Assembly: GCA_964016885.1 (NCBI GenBank)
Contig: OZ024741.1
Location: forward strand, 222,022,001 to 222,086,000
Reading direction: 5' to 3'
From: Eledone cirrhosa
Taxonomy: Eukaryota
Length of the DNA stretch: 64,000 bases
Made by a program: the position numbers and the translations under genes. The notes beneath the pieces were generated by a model, which was not told the origin of the DNA, ran no database searches, and worked only from the letters and a program-made list of their open reading frames with translations. Shown here piece by piece: positions 50,303 to 64,000 of this stretch (position 1 is the stretch's first letter; each line of letters starts with the position of its first letter).

Positions 50303-52304
50303 TTTCAAGTTTTGTTTCCCAAGATAAAGATTCCAAGATTTTTATTTTCCCTTACAACTAGCTATAAAAATCACACGTGAAATTATCGATAATTTTCTCA
50401 CTATTAAATGCCAATTTGGAGTTTAACTCTTTAGCATTTAAACCAGCCATATCTCTCCCACACCTTTCTGTTCAAAATGGCCATAACTGGTTGCTCATAT
50501 TTATGTTAAGGTATTGCTCTCAAAATAAATAACATTGAAATCTTGTAGATTCGAAATTATGTGAGATAATTATGTGAGATAAATCCTTCACCACAAAATA
50601 CAATAGTATATAGTATATATATACACAGTATGTAGCTTGCTACAGAAAACCCACATTAACAAATACAGTCCTATTGTGTGTAAATGTGTAGATTGTATAT
50701 GTAAACACGTATTTTAGAGTTATTTCCTTGTTCTCTCAATGGTATGTAGGCGTAAAATTTCATTGTGTAGAGCACTCTGAACGCTATTTCCCATTCTTTC
50801 ACCTCCTCTAGCACACCTTGTGGCACTGACTGGTCGGGTGGGGTCCTACTGAAACAAACTGCCTCCCCCTTTCTCCGCTATAGTAAATACTGCACTGGAG
50901 ACATCAGAGATACGTGGGTGGCCTATGTAGGTTACAATGAACTTAGTGGCTCCAGCTGGTACTCGTGGCGACTACAAACATCTAATAGACAAGACAATAC
51001 ACAAAAGAATCTAATATGCATGTGAAAACCACCAATTATCACCAAACAAGTGTCCCCCTACCCATAAAGCCCAGGAAAAGGGAAAGACACTCATACAGAC
51101 CACTCCATTAAATGTAGAATCTCAAATTTGCCACGATAAATGTCAGAACAATGAAAGTGTAGTGAGATTGTAGAGATGTTAGTGAGGAGACAAGTAGGTG
51201 TGTGCTGTGTGCAAGAAGGTGGAGAGTTGCAAATAGCAATAATGGGGTGGGTGGAGTAGGAATACTCCTAGCTGAGTGATAGGTAAACTAGGTAATTGAG
51301 AGAGTGTGATAGAATAATTAAACTTAGACTACTCTTAGACAATACAACCAGAACCAAATGGTTGCAAAGCAAATTCATTAACCACATGACCATGCTAGCA
51401 CCTATTTGATTTCAACATAGATTGCAGGAAGGGCAGGGGACTAAATTCTATTAGTAAATTAGTCAATTACTCAACAGCTTTTCTTACTGCACCACCCTTG
51501 CTAGAAATAGCAGCTAAATCCGCCTCAAATCATACCCATCCATCTCAAATAAGGGAAAAATATGTTAGATAACATAGTCCTATATGCCACTCTCTTGCTC
51601 TGGAACCCTGACTCCAGCCTGACTAGGAGTAGGAAGCTGTCATTCCCTGACGTTATCTCTAGGGATACGGGAATCAGTAGACAGGACCTGGGGGCAGCGA
51701 TGGGGGACAGGGAATTCTGGGGCATGAGAGTGAGATCCATCATCTCGACAGTAGTCGACGAGTGATGGTGTGATGAAGTAGTGAAAGCAGGTGGTTTAGT
51801 GGTTAGAGTGTTCCACTCACTATCATTAGGTTTCCGGTAGTAAAAATCCTTGAGAAAGACACTTTATTTCATGCTGCTTCAGTCAAGGTAAAAAAAAAAT
51901 GAGTTGTACCCATAATTAAAATGACCAGCCTTGTCACACACCTTGTCATGCTGAATCTCCCTGAGATTTATGTTAAGTGTATATGTATCTGTGGAATGCT
52001 CAGTCACTTGCAAGTTAATTTTATGAGCGAGCTTTTCTATTGTTTGAATAACTGGAACAGTCATTGTTGGAACCATGGAGGCCCAACATACATGGTCATG
52101 GCTGGAATGCTTCTGATCTGTGTTGCCCTGGGACTAAAACAACAATAACAATGTTACACAGTTCTTACCTATAACTGAAACTACGTTTTACTCTTGATGG
52201 TGGTGCCAAGTTACTGCTACACTTTTTGGAGTCACTATCAGAAGGAACACATGTTATTGGTAAGCTGGAACCCTCTGAAATATACACAGATCAAATATAT
52301 GTAT

Positions 52305-53495
52305 CATCATCATTATTTAATGTCCATTTTCCACGCAAGCATGGGTTAGATGGTTTGTCATATTATAACTCAGGTCAGGAGACCACATCTTGTTTATACA
52401 GATCTGTATTTTGGCTTCGTTTCTCCAGTCGGATGCCCTTCCTAACATCAAAAACCTTATAGTGTGGGCTGGGTGTTTTTTATCATGGCACTAAAACAAT
52501 TATTTAACAAGATGGACTGAGTGCTTTTTGTCATGTTACAAGCATGACCACCTTACAGGGGTGGACTGAGTGTTTTTTGTTGTGTCATCAGCACGACCAG
52601 TTTACAGTGGAGGTTGGGTGCTTTTTTGTCATGGGGTATGAAAGTTGTATAAAAAAGTGCTGGGCACTCAAAGTTGAAAGAAACCATGGAAGAAGAAGAC
52701 CTAGGAAAGCTTGGGATGAAGTGATAAAATCTGACATTGCACAATTTAGACCTCTCACAGGTGTTGATATAGGATAGAGATCTCTGGCAATGTGCTCTAT
52801 TGCAGAAGTCCCACCTTCCCAAGTGCACAATATGAAGCAAACATCTAGAGGACACTAATCTGCACCAAATCTTCTCTACCCCGCTCATACATCTCTGACA
52901 TCATACACTCACTCCACCTCCTCACCAGCTAAGTATTCCAGCTTAGATATGCCTCACTCACCTCTCCAATCCATATCCTGCATACACGCTCCACACATTC
53001 TCTGCCATCTTCCCCAATCCCTGATACACCTCTCCTCTCCAAACCATGCATAAAAGTATGGGAAAGCTGGACATTTCACACCTGTTTTCCTACAGTTCTG
53101 CTTCCATGGCAAAAAGCACTTAGTCCACCCTGTAAGGTGGTCATACTAGTGACAACAAAAAGCAGCTAGTCCTCCTTGTAAGGTAGTCAAGTTGGTGACA
53201 TGAGAAAAGGCACACAACCCACCCTGTAGGTGGTTGTGCTAGTACCACAATGAAAAAGCACTTAGTCCAACTAGCGAGATGGTCATTTTGGTACTATAAT
53301 AAAAAGCACACAGTCCACATTGTAATGTGATTGTCATTAGATAGGGTATCCAGCAAGAAAGGAAACCAAGCCAGAAACAGTTCCGTATGAGACAGATACG
53401 GTTACTTGACCGGACTTGTCTCACAACTTGACAACTCATCTAACCAATGCAAGTATAGAAAATAGACGTTTAATGGTGATGATGACAATGATGAT
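52305..53495. mobile_element. head-to-head RTE 3' fragments (52305-52630 on -, 52635-53495 on +)
   Basis: CIKKCWALKVE...RRPRKAWDEVIK, degenerate 48-bp tail modules and (GAT)n-like ends. Confidence 0.7.
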
Positions 53496-53505
53496 ATATA
53501 TGTAT

Positions 53506-54590
53506 GTACGAGGTGCATTCAAAAAGTATATGACTTTATTTTTCTCGACCAAAACTAATGGTGCGTTGGCAAAATCCTTTGGGTGGGAGGTGAATTAGTG
53601 TGTGCTTGTCAGATTTTCGTTTTCACGCAAGATGACTGAATGCATTGAGCAGAGATATTGCATCAAGTTTTGCCAATAGCTTGGTGATACTCAAATTCAA
53701 ACCGTCAGAAGATTCAACAGACCTTTGGTGATGATGCCATAGGCAAAATTCAGATCAAGGAGTGATACATCTGCTTCAAACATCTGCACCTCAGTGCATC
53801 TGCACACTCAGGCAGGCCAGCATAAGCTGAAATGAGAAGCCGATTGAGAAAGTTCGACATGTAGTCATGGACGACTGTAGTGTAACAATCCAGGAAATTG
53901 CTCACGAAGTCGGAATAAGCACAGGATCAGTGTATTCCATTTTAATGGAGGAATTGTGCATGTGGAGAGTGTTGGCGAAATTCATCCCCAAGATGCAGCC
54001 ATTGGAGCAGATGCTACTCCACACGGAAATCGCTCAGGACATGCTAGACTGTGCAAACCACGAACCAGATTTAATGAAGACCATCAACACTGGTGATGAG
54101 ACATGGGTTTATGGTTATGACCCAGAAACCAAATTCCAGTCTTCAAATAGAAACACCTGTTATCACCAAGGTCCAAAAAAGCACAACAGGTTTGCAGCAA
54201 TGTGAATGTAATGTTGACCTGTATCTTTGACTCCTGTGGTATTGTGCATCATGAATATGAACCACAAGGTCAAACAATCAATAAGGACTACTACCTGGAG
54301 GTTATATGTCACCTCTGTGATACTGTGCATTGAAAGCGGTCAGACATGTGTGCAGTGAAGAATTGGCAACTTCCCCATGACAATGTGGCTGCTCATTCCA
54401 CCCACATAATCCAAGCTTTCTTAGTTAAGAACAGACCACTTGTCCGATAGGCTCCCTAATCTCCTGACTTGGCACCATGTGACTTCTGGTTCTTCCCCAT
54501 TCTGAAAACCACACCAAAAGGGAAGCGATTTGAGTCACAAGAGGAAATTATGGGAAAATCAACAGCAAAGCTCCATAGCATTCCAGTGGG
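53506..54590 (+). mobile_element. decayed mariner transposon, 3' end truncated
   Basis: 5' TIR tacgaggtgcattcaaaaagt; EQRYCIKF, TGDETWVYGYDPETK, HDN..AH, SPDLAPCDFWFFP. Confidence 0.9.
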
Positions 54591-55789
54591 TTCTTTACTT
54601 ATACTGGTGTTGTATGGCATGTCTCTTAAATTAAGGTTGTGGACCTGTTGAAACATATCATCACAGATCACTTGTAAGGTGTCAACAAGTTTTCAGTGTT
54701 CTTCTGTTTGTACACTAGAGTTATGGATTTCAGCTAGATTGTTAGTGTGTTGTTTACTGATAGATTTAGCTGACGATTCTCCCCAGCCATCAGTAGAAGA
54801 AGGATAATTATTTTCAATGGTTGGTTTTATAGTGCCTGCCAGCTTTGAATCAGACAGTTCCATTAATGTATCAATTTACATCTAATGATACGTTTTGCTT
54901 GTTCATTTAAAAGTTTTTGGGAAAAGTCTAATTCTAGGTGTTTGGAATTCCATAAATTTTTTAACCTTTGCATAAAAGCAAACTTTCAGGGCCATATTAT
55001 ATATCATCATCATCATCATCACCGTTTTACGTCCGTTCTTCCACGCTAGCATGGGTTGATTGTAATCATAATTTGGTGGAAGGAGACATGTTTAGCCATA
55101 ATGATTTGGGCTATTCACTGATATATATATTTATTTTTCAAAATAGATGATGATCTTTAAAAGTTTCAAAAATGTTTTGTCAGAATTAAATTTAAAGTTA
55201 TTCACTGCTTGGGTACTTTTACTTTCAGTGTATTTTTAATTCTACAATTATATTTAGATGTTCATATTTAGTAGAGTGAATTGTTTGGTGAATTGTTTTG
55301 AAACTTGACACATTTATTTATGTCTTGTTATATAAATATGTTAAAATATATGTAACGTTTATATAGATATGTTACAATATATGTAATGTTTAAACACTTA
55401 TGTAGAAATATTCATATATAATCTTACTGCATTCTGTAGCTAAACGTTTTCAATATATGGTATGTTGTCTTCGTATAAGCAGTAATTAATCCTATCTGAC
55501 CATAAAAGTCGCCATTTTCCATGTATGTTCTTTTGGTTTCATTATTTTATAAATTTTCACCAAGAGAGAAAGAGATGGAGAGAGAGAGAGAGAGAGGGGG
55601 GGGGGTATTTCACTCACTCTGAAAAGATTTTTCTAGGTGCTTTTTCTGGAAATTGCTCAATTTAGCTTCATGCATCATTTCTGGAAAAAAGAAACATGAA
55701 TTAATCATAATCCATCAAGAGTTAAGATCCATATCCTTTCTTTTTTTCTGCCTGAGAGTGTCAATTTAATAAATCCAAAATATATGGTA

Positions 55790-56020
55790 TACATTCAGTA
55801 TCTTCAATATAGACAATTATTGCCCTTCTCATTCAGTATACACGTTATCTCCTTTTTCATTCAGTACACAAAGTTATCTCCCTTGACATTCTGTACTCAC
55901 AACCACCTTTCTTATTCAGTACACAATTATATCCCATCTACTTCAGTACACACAATTACCTCCCTTCTCATGCAGTATACACATTTATCTTCCTTCTCAT
56001 TCAGTACTCACAATTATACA
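55790..56020. repeat. degenerate ~28-bp tandem repeat
   Basis: Repeated ttcagta(c/t)aca(c)aattatctccctt. Confidence 0.65.
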
Positions 56021-56046
56021 GAAAATGTGATAAAAACTGTACAATA

Positions 56047-57336
56047 TACAGATGTTCTGGCTAAATTTGACAGATTTTTTGTTAAGGTAAAAAAGTGAAT
56101 ATCTCAGCCCAAAATAAATTTATTGGGAAAATAGAAAGTGGCATAAAAATGAAAACAATCAAAATAGAAAATTCACTGAAAGAAGCTATCCCCAGCATCC
56201 ACCATGACCTCGATTCGGCTCTGGAAATCTAGCACATGCGGACTTCATGGCGTCCCTAGGGAGAGCCTCAAATGCCTCCTTAATCCTGTCCATCAGCTTG
56301 ATGTTGGTGTTACAGACAGTGCGGATGGTGTCTTTCTCAACTGTGCCCCACTTATAATAATCTATAGGATTGCAATGAAGGGAGTTAAGGGGCCAAAGGT
56401 TGAGGCTGGTTAAGTCGTAAAAATTCTCTGACAACCACTTCTGTGCCTACTCACAGGTGTGGCAGGGAGCTGTAACTTGCTACCACACATATAATCTTCT
56501 AGCAGCCACCCTTTCCAACCAATGCTTAACCACAGTAATCAGCAACTCCACATAGCCAGCCAATTTGAGCCTGAGACCCTGTTTAAAGATGTGAGGTGGC
56601 ACGACACCACCCTCACTGGAGACTTATTCAAAGACTATTACAGTTTGGGGAAACTTGGTCTTCATGACCTGAGGAACATCATATGGATTGTAGGCAAGTC
56701 ATGTGTTGTTCTGGGTGTTGTGCACCTGGTCCTGACAAAAATTATTTTCATCAGAGAAAATCCAGATTGTCCCTGGTTCAACAGGATGTTTTTCTTTGTT
56801 CAGGAGTTTCTTTGCTTTGTCAGACAGTTTTCTTGAGCTTTTTCTGTAAGAAGTTGGTCTTTACGCCTCTTGTATGAGTGGTAGCGGAGGTCCACATTCA
56901 ATGCCAGCTACATGTGGAAGCTGCAACACCGATTTCCCACACTAAAGCTTGAATTCTCTTGCCTGGGTGTTCCATCACTTTCTCCTGCAGTTGTTGGATA
57001 CATTCTGGTGTACGGAGGCAATCAGAACGTCTGTTGTGTTCTCTCCTACAAGTCACAGTCTCCGTTGAAGCTCTTTATTTGACGTCTTATTGTTTTACCG
57101 TGTTCAAAGAGCATTGAGCAGCTGTCGTGATTGCAGGATTTTAGTGCCTGGCACAAATCATCTGATCCAAGTTACTCTTTTTCAATTTTTAGGTGGTTTC
57201 CACTTGTCCATTTCAGTTAATTTTGACATCTTTAAAACTGTAGTGACTGAGTTTCACAATGCTGTTCAATTATCACAGATACAAGGGTATATTGGAAAAA
57301 CTTAAACTCTATCAAATTTTTTCCGAATAACCTGTA
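56047..57336 (-). mobile_element. decayed Tc1/mariner (maT-like) transposon
   Basis: Imperfect TIRs tacagatgttctggctaaatttgacagat / ctctatcaaattttttccgaataacctgta; WPLNS..CNPIDYYKWG (= WPPNSPDLNPLDY), FSDEN.F. Confidence 0.8.
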
Positions 57337-57519
57337 CATGGCAAGAAGGAAACAAAAAAAAAAAAGAATTAAGCAACAGGGAGAGAGGGAGGGAGTGACA
57401 GACTCTATACCCTAGTCTTAGTGGTATTTCAGCTGCGTCACGTGAACAATATGGCAAAGGTATTGCTGTGAAGAATGGCCAGCAATATCCGCTGAAACAG
57501 CCACCCCCATCTCAATGTC

Positions 57520-57760
57520 GATGACATTGTCCACTCAGTCCACTCACCCATCAATGTCTGGTGCCTGGATGACGCGACTCTGGGTGGCTTGGTTAAGTCT
57601 GTTGTTGAGGGCCTTCAGCAAGTCCTCCCAACCCTAAAGCTCCTCAGACTTGAGATCAATGTGACCAAGTCTGAAGTCTTAAATGTGAGCTACAGCAAAG
57701 CTGATTTCAAGATGTCGTGTTCAGCATCCAACACACCTTGACTGGGGATCAGCTAACACT
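57520..57760 (+). mobile_element. CRE-like RT fragment
   Basis: INVWCLDDATLGG...LEINVTKSEV resembles the CRE RT motif WYLDD.TLGG...GL.LN..KSE. Confidence 0.6.
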
Positions 57761-57769
57761 GAAAGATGC

Positions 57770-60700
57770 TGTTTACATTCTCAGCTCATCAATCCACCCA
57801 AACTTCATATGAGTGCCAGGAGACCAAGCATGCAGGCCTGTTGATGATGTGCCTCACTGACGTACACCCTCCTGAGGAACAGATTCGCCCTCCCCAAACT
57901 CCTCTTCACACTGTGTGGTATGTTTTGCCACCCTCTCACAGATCGCCTCATTGAACTTGATGCCACCATCTGACTGGAGACAATATCAGTCAAGAGTAAC
58001 TGACCATCTGCAGTTCTTACAGGTGACATTGGGGAAGATTGTGGACCATACACTTCTTTAAAGAAGGAGAAAATGCCTTTGTGTCCTTGTGATCTATTAC
58101 TTCTTGTGTTTGTTTGGTTTTGTTGTGCCAACACTGCTGCTTAATATTTCCCAAAACATTTTGCACTTTTCTTTTTAGTTGCTTATAAGAGATATCACAA
58201 TTAGGATTGATTGATTGAGAAAGAAGTTTTTGACAAAGATTTTGCTTGTCCCAAAGTAAATTACATATTTCAGGGTTGCTATCTGTAAACCAGTCATTAG
58301 ACCTCCTTGATCTCATACCCACTGATGCAGATGCTGCTTGGAATACTTTTGTCTTAAAATCTTCCCCAATGTAGCTTGAGTCAAGTGTGATATTATCTAA
58401 TGCACTACAAAAGTTGTGGACAGCATCGAAAGACTTGAAATTTGCCACATTAAGTTTCTTTGGTACTTTAGTCCCAGTGTGTTTAGTTTTTGGTGTTATT
58501 GAGTTTGGCCCTGACTAGTTGATGATCAGTCCAGCACTCTGTTTCTCTCATTGTGTGCACACTACATACATCTTTTACATCACATTTTTTAACTAAGATA
58601 TAATCAATGAGGTGCCAATTGGGTGAATCCAAGTTGTTTTAAACTTATCACAAGTTGTTTTGAACCAATCACAGCAGGAAGTTTTTTTCTGCGATATACG
58701 TATGACCATGTCAACACTGCTACTTGGAGTCGTTTACCGTCCCCTAAATTACCATCAGGACACTCAACTTTGTGATATCCTCAGAGCTACTGCCAGGAAG
58801 ACAGCCACTTATGTTTTCATTGCAGGTGACTTCAATCACCCTGAGATTGACTGGGAAACCTTTCGTTGGCCGCCAAGTGCAAATGACTTCCTTGAGCTAG
58901 TGCTGGACTCGAGTTGGTCCCAGGTGGTCACCTCCCCAACGAGAAGTGACAACACTTTGGACCTACTCCTGAAACGGTCATTAGTGTTACTGCTGAGGAA
59001 CCTTTAGGTGACTCTGATCATGCTATGATCATTGCCAATCTATCCCTCATGAGCAGTAACAAGAACCACAACCATCTCCAAACTGCTCACTTTGACTGGA
59101 ATAAAGCAGACTGGAACTGTTACTGCACCGAGTTGCAACGGCCAAACTGGCTTGAGTTCTACGACTCTGGAGATGTCAACACTGTACTCCAGAACATCCT
59201 GAGCTCAATATGGACAACATGTGCAGCATCGGTGCCACGTAAGCGGAAAAAACATCCCAAAAGCGCAATTTGGGAGACTGCAGCAGTCCATCTTGCCAGA
59301 AAAGAACGGCGCAATGCTGAACGTGAGTACAAACTTCACAAATCAGACATTAATAGGAAGAGACGAAATAGATCGTCCAACCACCTCAAACAGGTGACAA
59401 AAAAGGCAGTGCTTCAATTTGAGCAGCGCATAGCAACCAGCCCTGACAGTAAGGTGTTCTGGAAGCATGTTCACTCAAAGCAGAGGCCTCACTCTCCAGT
59501 TGGTCCTCTTCGCAATCCCCACACAAGCCAGGTTACTGACGACCCCAAGGAATGCGCAGAGCTCATTGCTGAATGCTATGCAGGCATTTTCACTATTGAA
59601 GACCAGAGTGTACCATCTCCACCACCTATGACACCGGACTCTATTACAACCATGGAATTTACACCTGCAATGCTGCGACGTCACCTAAAAAATAAACACA
59701 ACCATGCCTCTCCTGGTCTTGATGGTGTTACGTACCTGCTTCTTAAACGTGGTGGGTACTTCCTTCTACACCAGTTATCACGCTTCTTCCAATTCTGTCT
59801 GAACAACAGTGCTACTCCAGAGCAGTGGAAAACTGCCAGTGTCATTCCTCTGTTCTGTTCAAAAAGGGTGACCGCACATCACCTGTGAACTATCGTCCAG
59901 TCAGTCTTACTAGTTGCATCGCCAAACTGATGGAATCCTGTGTCAGAGAAACACTTTGGAACTTCTGGAGCTCTCAGTCTTATCCGGTCCTCGCAGTTTG
60001 GATTTATCCCCAACTCCAGCTGCTATGATCAACTTATAGAGTTTCTTGAGGACATCACCCGGATCACTGATGGCGGCTCATGGGTGGATGTTGTTTACCT
60101 TGACTTTGCGAAGGCCTTCAATTCTGTGCCACACAAAAGGCTTATGGCAAAACTCTCTGCAATGTGTGTGAAGGATGATCTTTTTAACTGGTTGAAGTCC
60201 TTCATTCTCAGTCGAAGAGAGGTAGTCACGGTTCTGGGACAGCATTCCTCACCATATGAGATGTCATCTGGTGTACCACAGGGATCTGTTCTTGGCCCCC
60301 TTTTGTTTGTGGCATATATTAATGACATAGATGCCAACTTAAGGAATGCCACAGTACTAAAGTACGCAGACGATATCAAGCTGTACCTTGAGATAAAAAG
60401 GACAGATCCTGAACACTATAGATCTTGCTTGCAGTCTGACCTGGACACAATGCAACAATGGATCTCAGACTGGCAACTCAAGCTAGCTGTGGACAAGTGC
60501 ACCACCATGTATTTTGGGAGTAAAAACCCAGTGTCCACATACTCCCTCCACAGCACTAATATCAAGAAGTCTTCCTGTGAACGTGACCTGGGCATTACGG
60601 TCAGCAGCGATTTGCGTTGGACGAGGCACGTCTCTAAAATTGTCAAGAGGGCCGAGGGTGTCTTAGCATCACTCAGCAAGACCTTTGTCAGCCGCTCTCC

Positions 60701-62400
60701 AGATATCTATTTAAGGCTGTATACAGCTATGGTGCGACCACACTTAGAATTTGCATCACCAGTCTGGAACCCCTATCTTGCTCAGAACATTGACCGCCTG
60801 GAAACTGTTCAGAGACGTGCAACCAAGCGAATACCCTCCATCAGGCATCTACCATACTCTGAGCGCCTTGCTTCCCTGGGCATGGATTCATTGAAGCTCC
60901 GACGCCTGGCAACTGACTTGGTAAACACCCACAAAATTGTTAACCATGTTGCCAACAACAACCCTGAGTACCTTTTTGATTTCCATGTGTCTAACACACG
61001 TGGACATGCCCACAAAGTAAGAAAACAGCACAGTTCCCATGACTTTCGGAAACATTTTTTCACGCTCAGAGTTGCTGAAGCATGGAACAAACTACCTGCA
61101 TCAGTTGTTAGCTGTCGAGACACTGCATTCTTTAAGGCCGCCATGCTTCCCGAGATCCGCCAACACTACAGCTAACACATACACACATGTACTTCCCTGA
61201 CATTTGTGTATTATTCTATGTACTATACATACACCTTTGACGAGTTGTAGTGCACCTGAGCACTTTACACAATAATTTCATTATTATGTGTATATCATGA
61301 CTCATGCAGTGTTCATTACCCTATGTACTATACATACACTTTTTGATGAGTTGTAGTACACCTGAGCACTGTACACAATATTTCATTATTATTTTTATTA
61401 TTATTATCCTTCTGCTGAAAGAAAGTGTTTATTATTGCAAGTTGATGTTCAGTGCAAAAAGTGAGAAATGAAACACCATTTCAGTTACACTTTCCCACAC
61501 CATATTTACCTAAGGCAGGCCATGTCATGAGATCAGACCCAACCCTTGAGTTGAAGTCACCCATTATTACCAGCTTATCTGCATCTGGCACATTTATCAC
61601 CAATTTTACAAGTTCACTGTAGAATTGTTGAATAGATTCTTCTGGGTCTGACATTATAGGAGCATAAACACTTATTGTGAGGTATATTCTTTTTTTTCAG
61701 ATGTAGACAACATGATATAACACATTCTGAGGGACTATTGGGATAATTTTCAAAAGATGAGCTGAGGGAGTTTCTAACAGTCAAGCCAACATCTGATTCT
61801 CTCTTTTTACCTTCTGCTACAACTTTCCAAAAGAAAGTATAACCAAATCCACTTTCATTAAGCTGACCATCTCCATGATGGCATGTTTCAGAGAAAGCTA
61901 CTATATCCAATGAGTATTTTTTCAACTCATGCGCAATTTCTCTGGTCTTTGTGTCAAATTGTCATCTACCAAATTACGCACATTCCAACAAGCAAGCTTC
62001 ATAGGATGTTTAAACTTTTTTGTGTGTTGTTGATTAACCATAGTAGTAGAGTAACGACCAGGCCCAACCTGCAGCATGCTGGGGCACCTGTCAAGCAAGA
62101 TTTATTCACCTGTTGCCATTTACCAATTCTATTTGAGACATTTCAAAATATTTTAAAGAGCATTTCAAGGTTTACTGCCAACCATATGACTGGTATTCAT
62201 TGTAGAAGTACCTGTGCAGTTGAAAATATTTTGAGTGGACATAGCTTGCACAGAGCTACCCCCACTTCTTGACCACAAGATTTCATTGGTGTGACATATA
62301 GAATGACAAGACCAAGAACTTCAGAGGCCTCAGGTTTTTATATCTGAGTTTACCATCTCCAAGACTAGTTGCTATAACCAGGCTCTTGAGTCTAGTCTAC
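57770..62400 (-). mobile_element. old RTE-clade LINE 5' part (APE), split by a CR1/L2-like insertion
   Basis: DIVAFSET, GYTFFWK, GDFNSRVG, NTFFQQKD | KFKTTWIHP..WHLIDY, TDHQLV, KEVYGP in pieces 61405-62400 and 57770-58649. Confidence 0.82.
58650..61403 (+). mobile_element. CR1/L2(Jockey)-group LINE, 5'-truncated, lightly mutated
   Basis: APE GVVYRP, GDFNHPEIDW, SDH; RT NYRPVSLTS, YLDFAKAF, GVPQGSVLGP, YADD, ERDLG, RPHLEFASPVWNP; 411-aa open frame; (ATT)n tail. Confidence 0.93.
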
Positions 62401-62538
62401 CCTATGAGTCAGAGATTACTGATAGTACCACTGCATTATGGAGATGCTCAGTGATCAGAGACCTGGTATAATATTGGATTGAAAAAAAAGGAGCTGAAAA
62501 GATTTAGAATATATATATATATCTCTATATATATATTG

Positions 62539-63548
62539 ATCTCTACGTGGATTTAGTAAAAGTCTTCCCCTGTATTATTGAACTAAAGGCCTGTTGAAAA
62601 AGCGACTTCCTTGTTCATCATCTTACCAGAAGCTGGACATTTTTTATGTAGGCGGACGGTACCTGATTTAGGAGCCGCAGAAACCCAAATGCTGGATTTT
62701 ACCATCTTTCCAGGGGGTCCGGGTAAATTTTTCAATCATATATATTTTTATTTGTTTGACCCGAATTACTTGATCATATTTTTTGGCTGTGCGAATAATT
62801 GTTTAAGCATCGTCTCAGTGTGTTGGTATTAAACGTTAGTTATAGCTCTGGTTCATCCAAACCATTGAACACTTTGCCGCACATTTCGAAGATTGTTTTT
62901 CGTTATTTCGTGGGCTGAAGTTCTGATTCTCGATAATTTTATTTGTATTTATCTCCAGACTTTAGCTATTGATCAGTTAATTTTATTGATTTTTTAGTTG
63001 ATCCTATTGACTGATGAATAGCTCATGTTAACTTTAACCCGTCTGTTGAGAACTCTAATTTGATTTGTGATATTTTGTATTCTTACAATAATATACACAA
63101 CTGAATTCATTCGCCTATTATAGGGGTTGCCTCCCTTGCTGATCCCCACGTGGATTTAGTAACAGTCTTCCCCTGTATTATGGAACTAAAGGCCTGTTGA
63201 AAAAGCGACTTCCTTGTTCATCATCTTACCAGAAGCCGGACATTTTTTATGTAGGCGGACGGTACCTGATTTAGGAGCCGCAGAAACCCAAATGCTGGAT
63301 TTTACCACCTTTCCAGGGGGTCCGGGTAAATTTTTCAATCATATATATTTTTATTTGTTTGACCCGAATTACTTGATCGTATTTTTTGGCTGTGCGAATG
63401 ATTGTTTAAGCATCGTCTCAGTGTGTTGGTATTAAACGTTAGTTATAGCTCTGGTTCATCCGAACCATTGAGCACTTTGCCGCACATTTCGAAGATTGTT
63501 TTTCGTTATTTCGTGGGCCGAAGTTCCGATTCTCGATAATTTTATTTA
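62539..63548. repeat. ~1.7 tandem copies of a 603-bp unit (two ~405-bp near-identical direct repeats)
   Basis: ORFs 62611 and 63214 are near-identical and offset by 603 bp; left flank (TA)n. Confidence 0.92.
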
Positions 63549-63559
63549 TATAACAAAAT

Positions 63560-64000
63560 ACACCCCGTCCCACCCCCCACCCCATCCACACCACCCTATT
63601 CTATGTAAAGTTATGTTGGTGCCGCACCATCCAGGCCGAAACAAATGAGATCGTGTAGGTGTCACGACAAAAAAACACACAGTCCACGCTGTAATGTGGC
63701 CGTGTAGGCAACACGGTAAAAACCTCCCAGACCCACACTGTAAATGTGGTTGGTGTTAGGAAGGGCATCCAACTGTAGAAAACCTGCCAGACAGTCCTAT
63801 GCGAGCAAGACAATCACTCTTGCCTCAAGTGGGACTACCCCCGTCCAAACCCATGCAAGCGTGGAACACGGACGTTAAACGTTGATGATGATGATGATGA
63901 TGATATATATATAAAAAGCAGGCATGGAAAGAATGGCAGGATGGGGGTAGTAGAGAACTCTATCGAGTAGCTAGGAGAGAAGCTAGACAACAAGTATACC
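63560..64000 (+). mobile_element. RTE 3' UTR/(GAT)n tail followed by an internal RTE fragment
   Basis: Matches 8390-8712; 63917-64000 matches 6357-6440 (QAWK.WQDG). Confidence 0.85.

Noticed and set aside
54694-54864. Short - strand reading frame MELSDSKLAG...VQTEEH adjoining the truncated mariner
   Set aside because: About 56 codons ending in a stop, with no recognisable motif and no similarity to EVG1; cannot be supported as an exon without a search.

Overview
AT-rich, repeat-dense animal genomic DNA. It is most likely a coleoid cephalopod such as Octopus, inferred from tRNA-derived SINEs and abundant RTE LINE tails ending in (GAT)n. Two convergent protein-coding genes are present. (1) On +, the 3' part of a BRCA1 orthologue: 12 coding exons from <1 to the stop at 37865, about 1214 aa in the window. 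It comprises a giant Ser-rich exon, an SQ/TQ segment, a PALB2-type coiled coil and tandem BRCT domains; all GT-AG phases are compatible. (2) On -, the last four coding exons of a UPF0193/EVG1 (C22orf23)-like gene (49601-40748). Introns and intergenic DNA are packed with mostly decayed mobile elements: RTE LINEs (with a PHD-type finger inserted inside the RT domain), a Gypsy remnant, CR1/L2-like and CRE-like non-LTR elements, a Penelope-like GIY-YIG element with ~1-kb inverted arms, four Tc1/mariner relics, a MITE, Helentron-like pieces, SINEs and minisatellites. I see no CRISPR-like or otherwise clearly new multi-gene system. The most unusual items are the PHD-in-RT RTE family, an RTE-Gypsy-RTE composite bounded by a 53-bp repeat, the Penelope foldback, a twin-primed RTE and a GC-rich CRE insertion. 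Repeat boundaries are read by eye and approximate; family names come from recalled motifs, not database searches.
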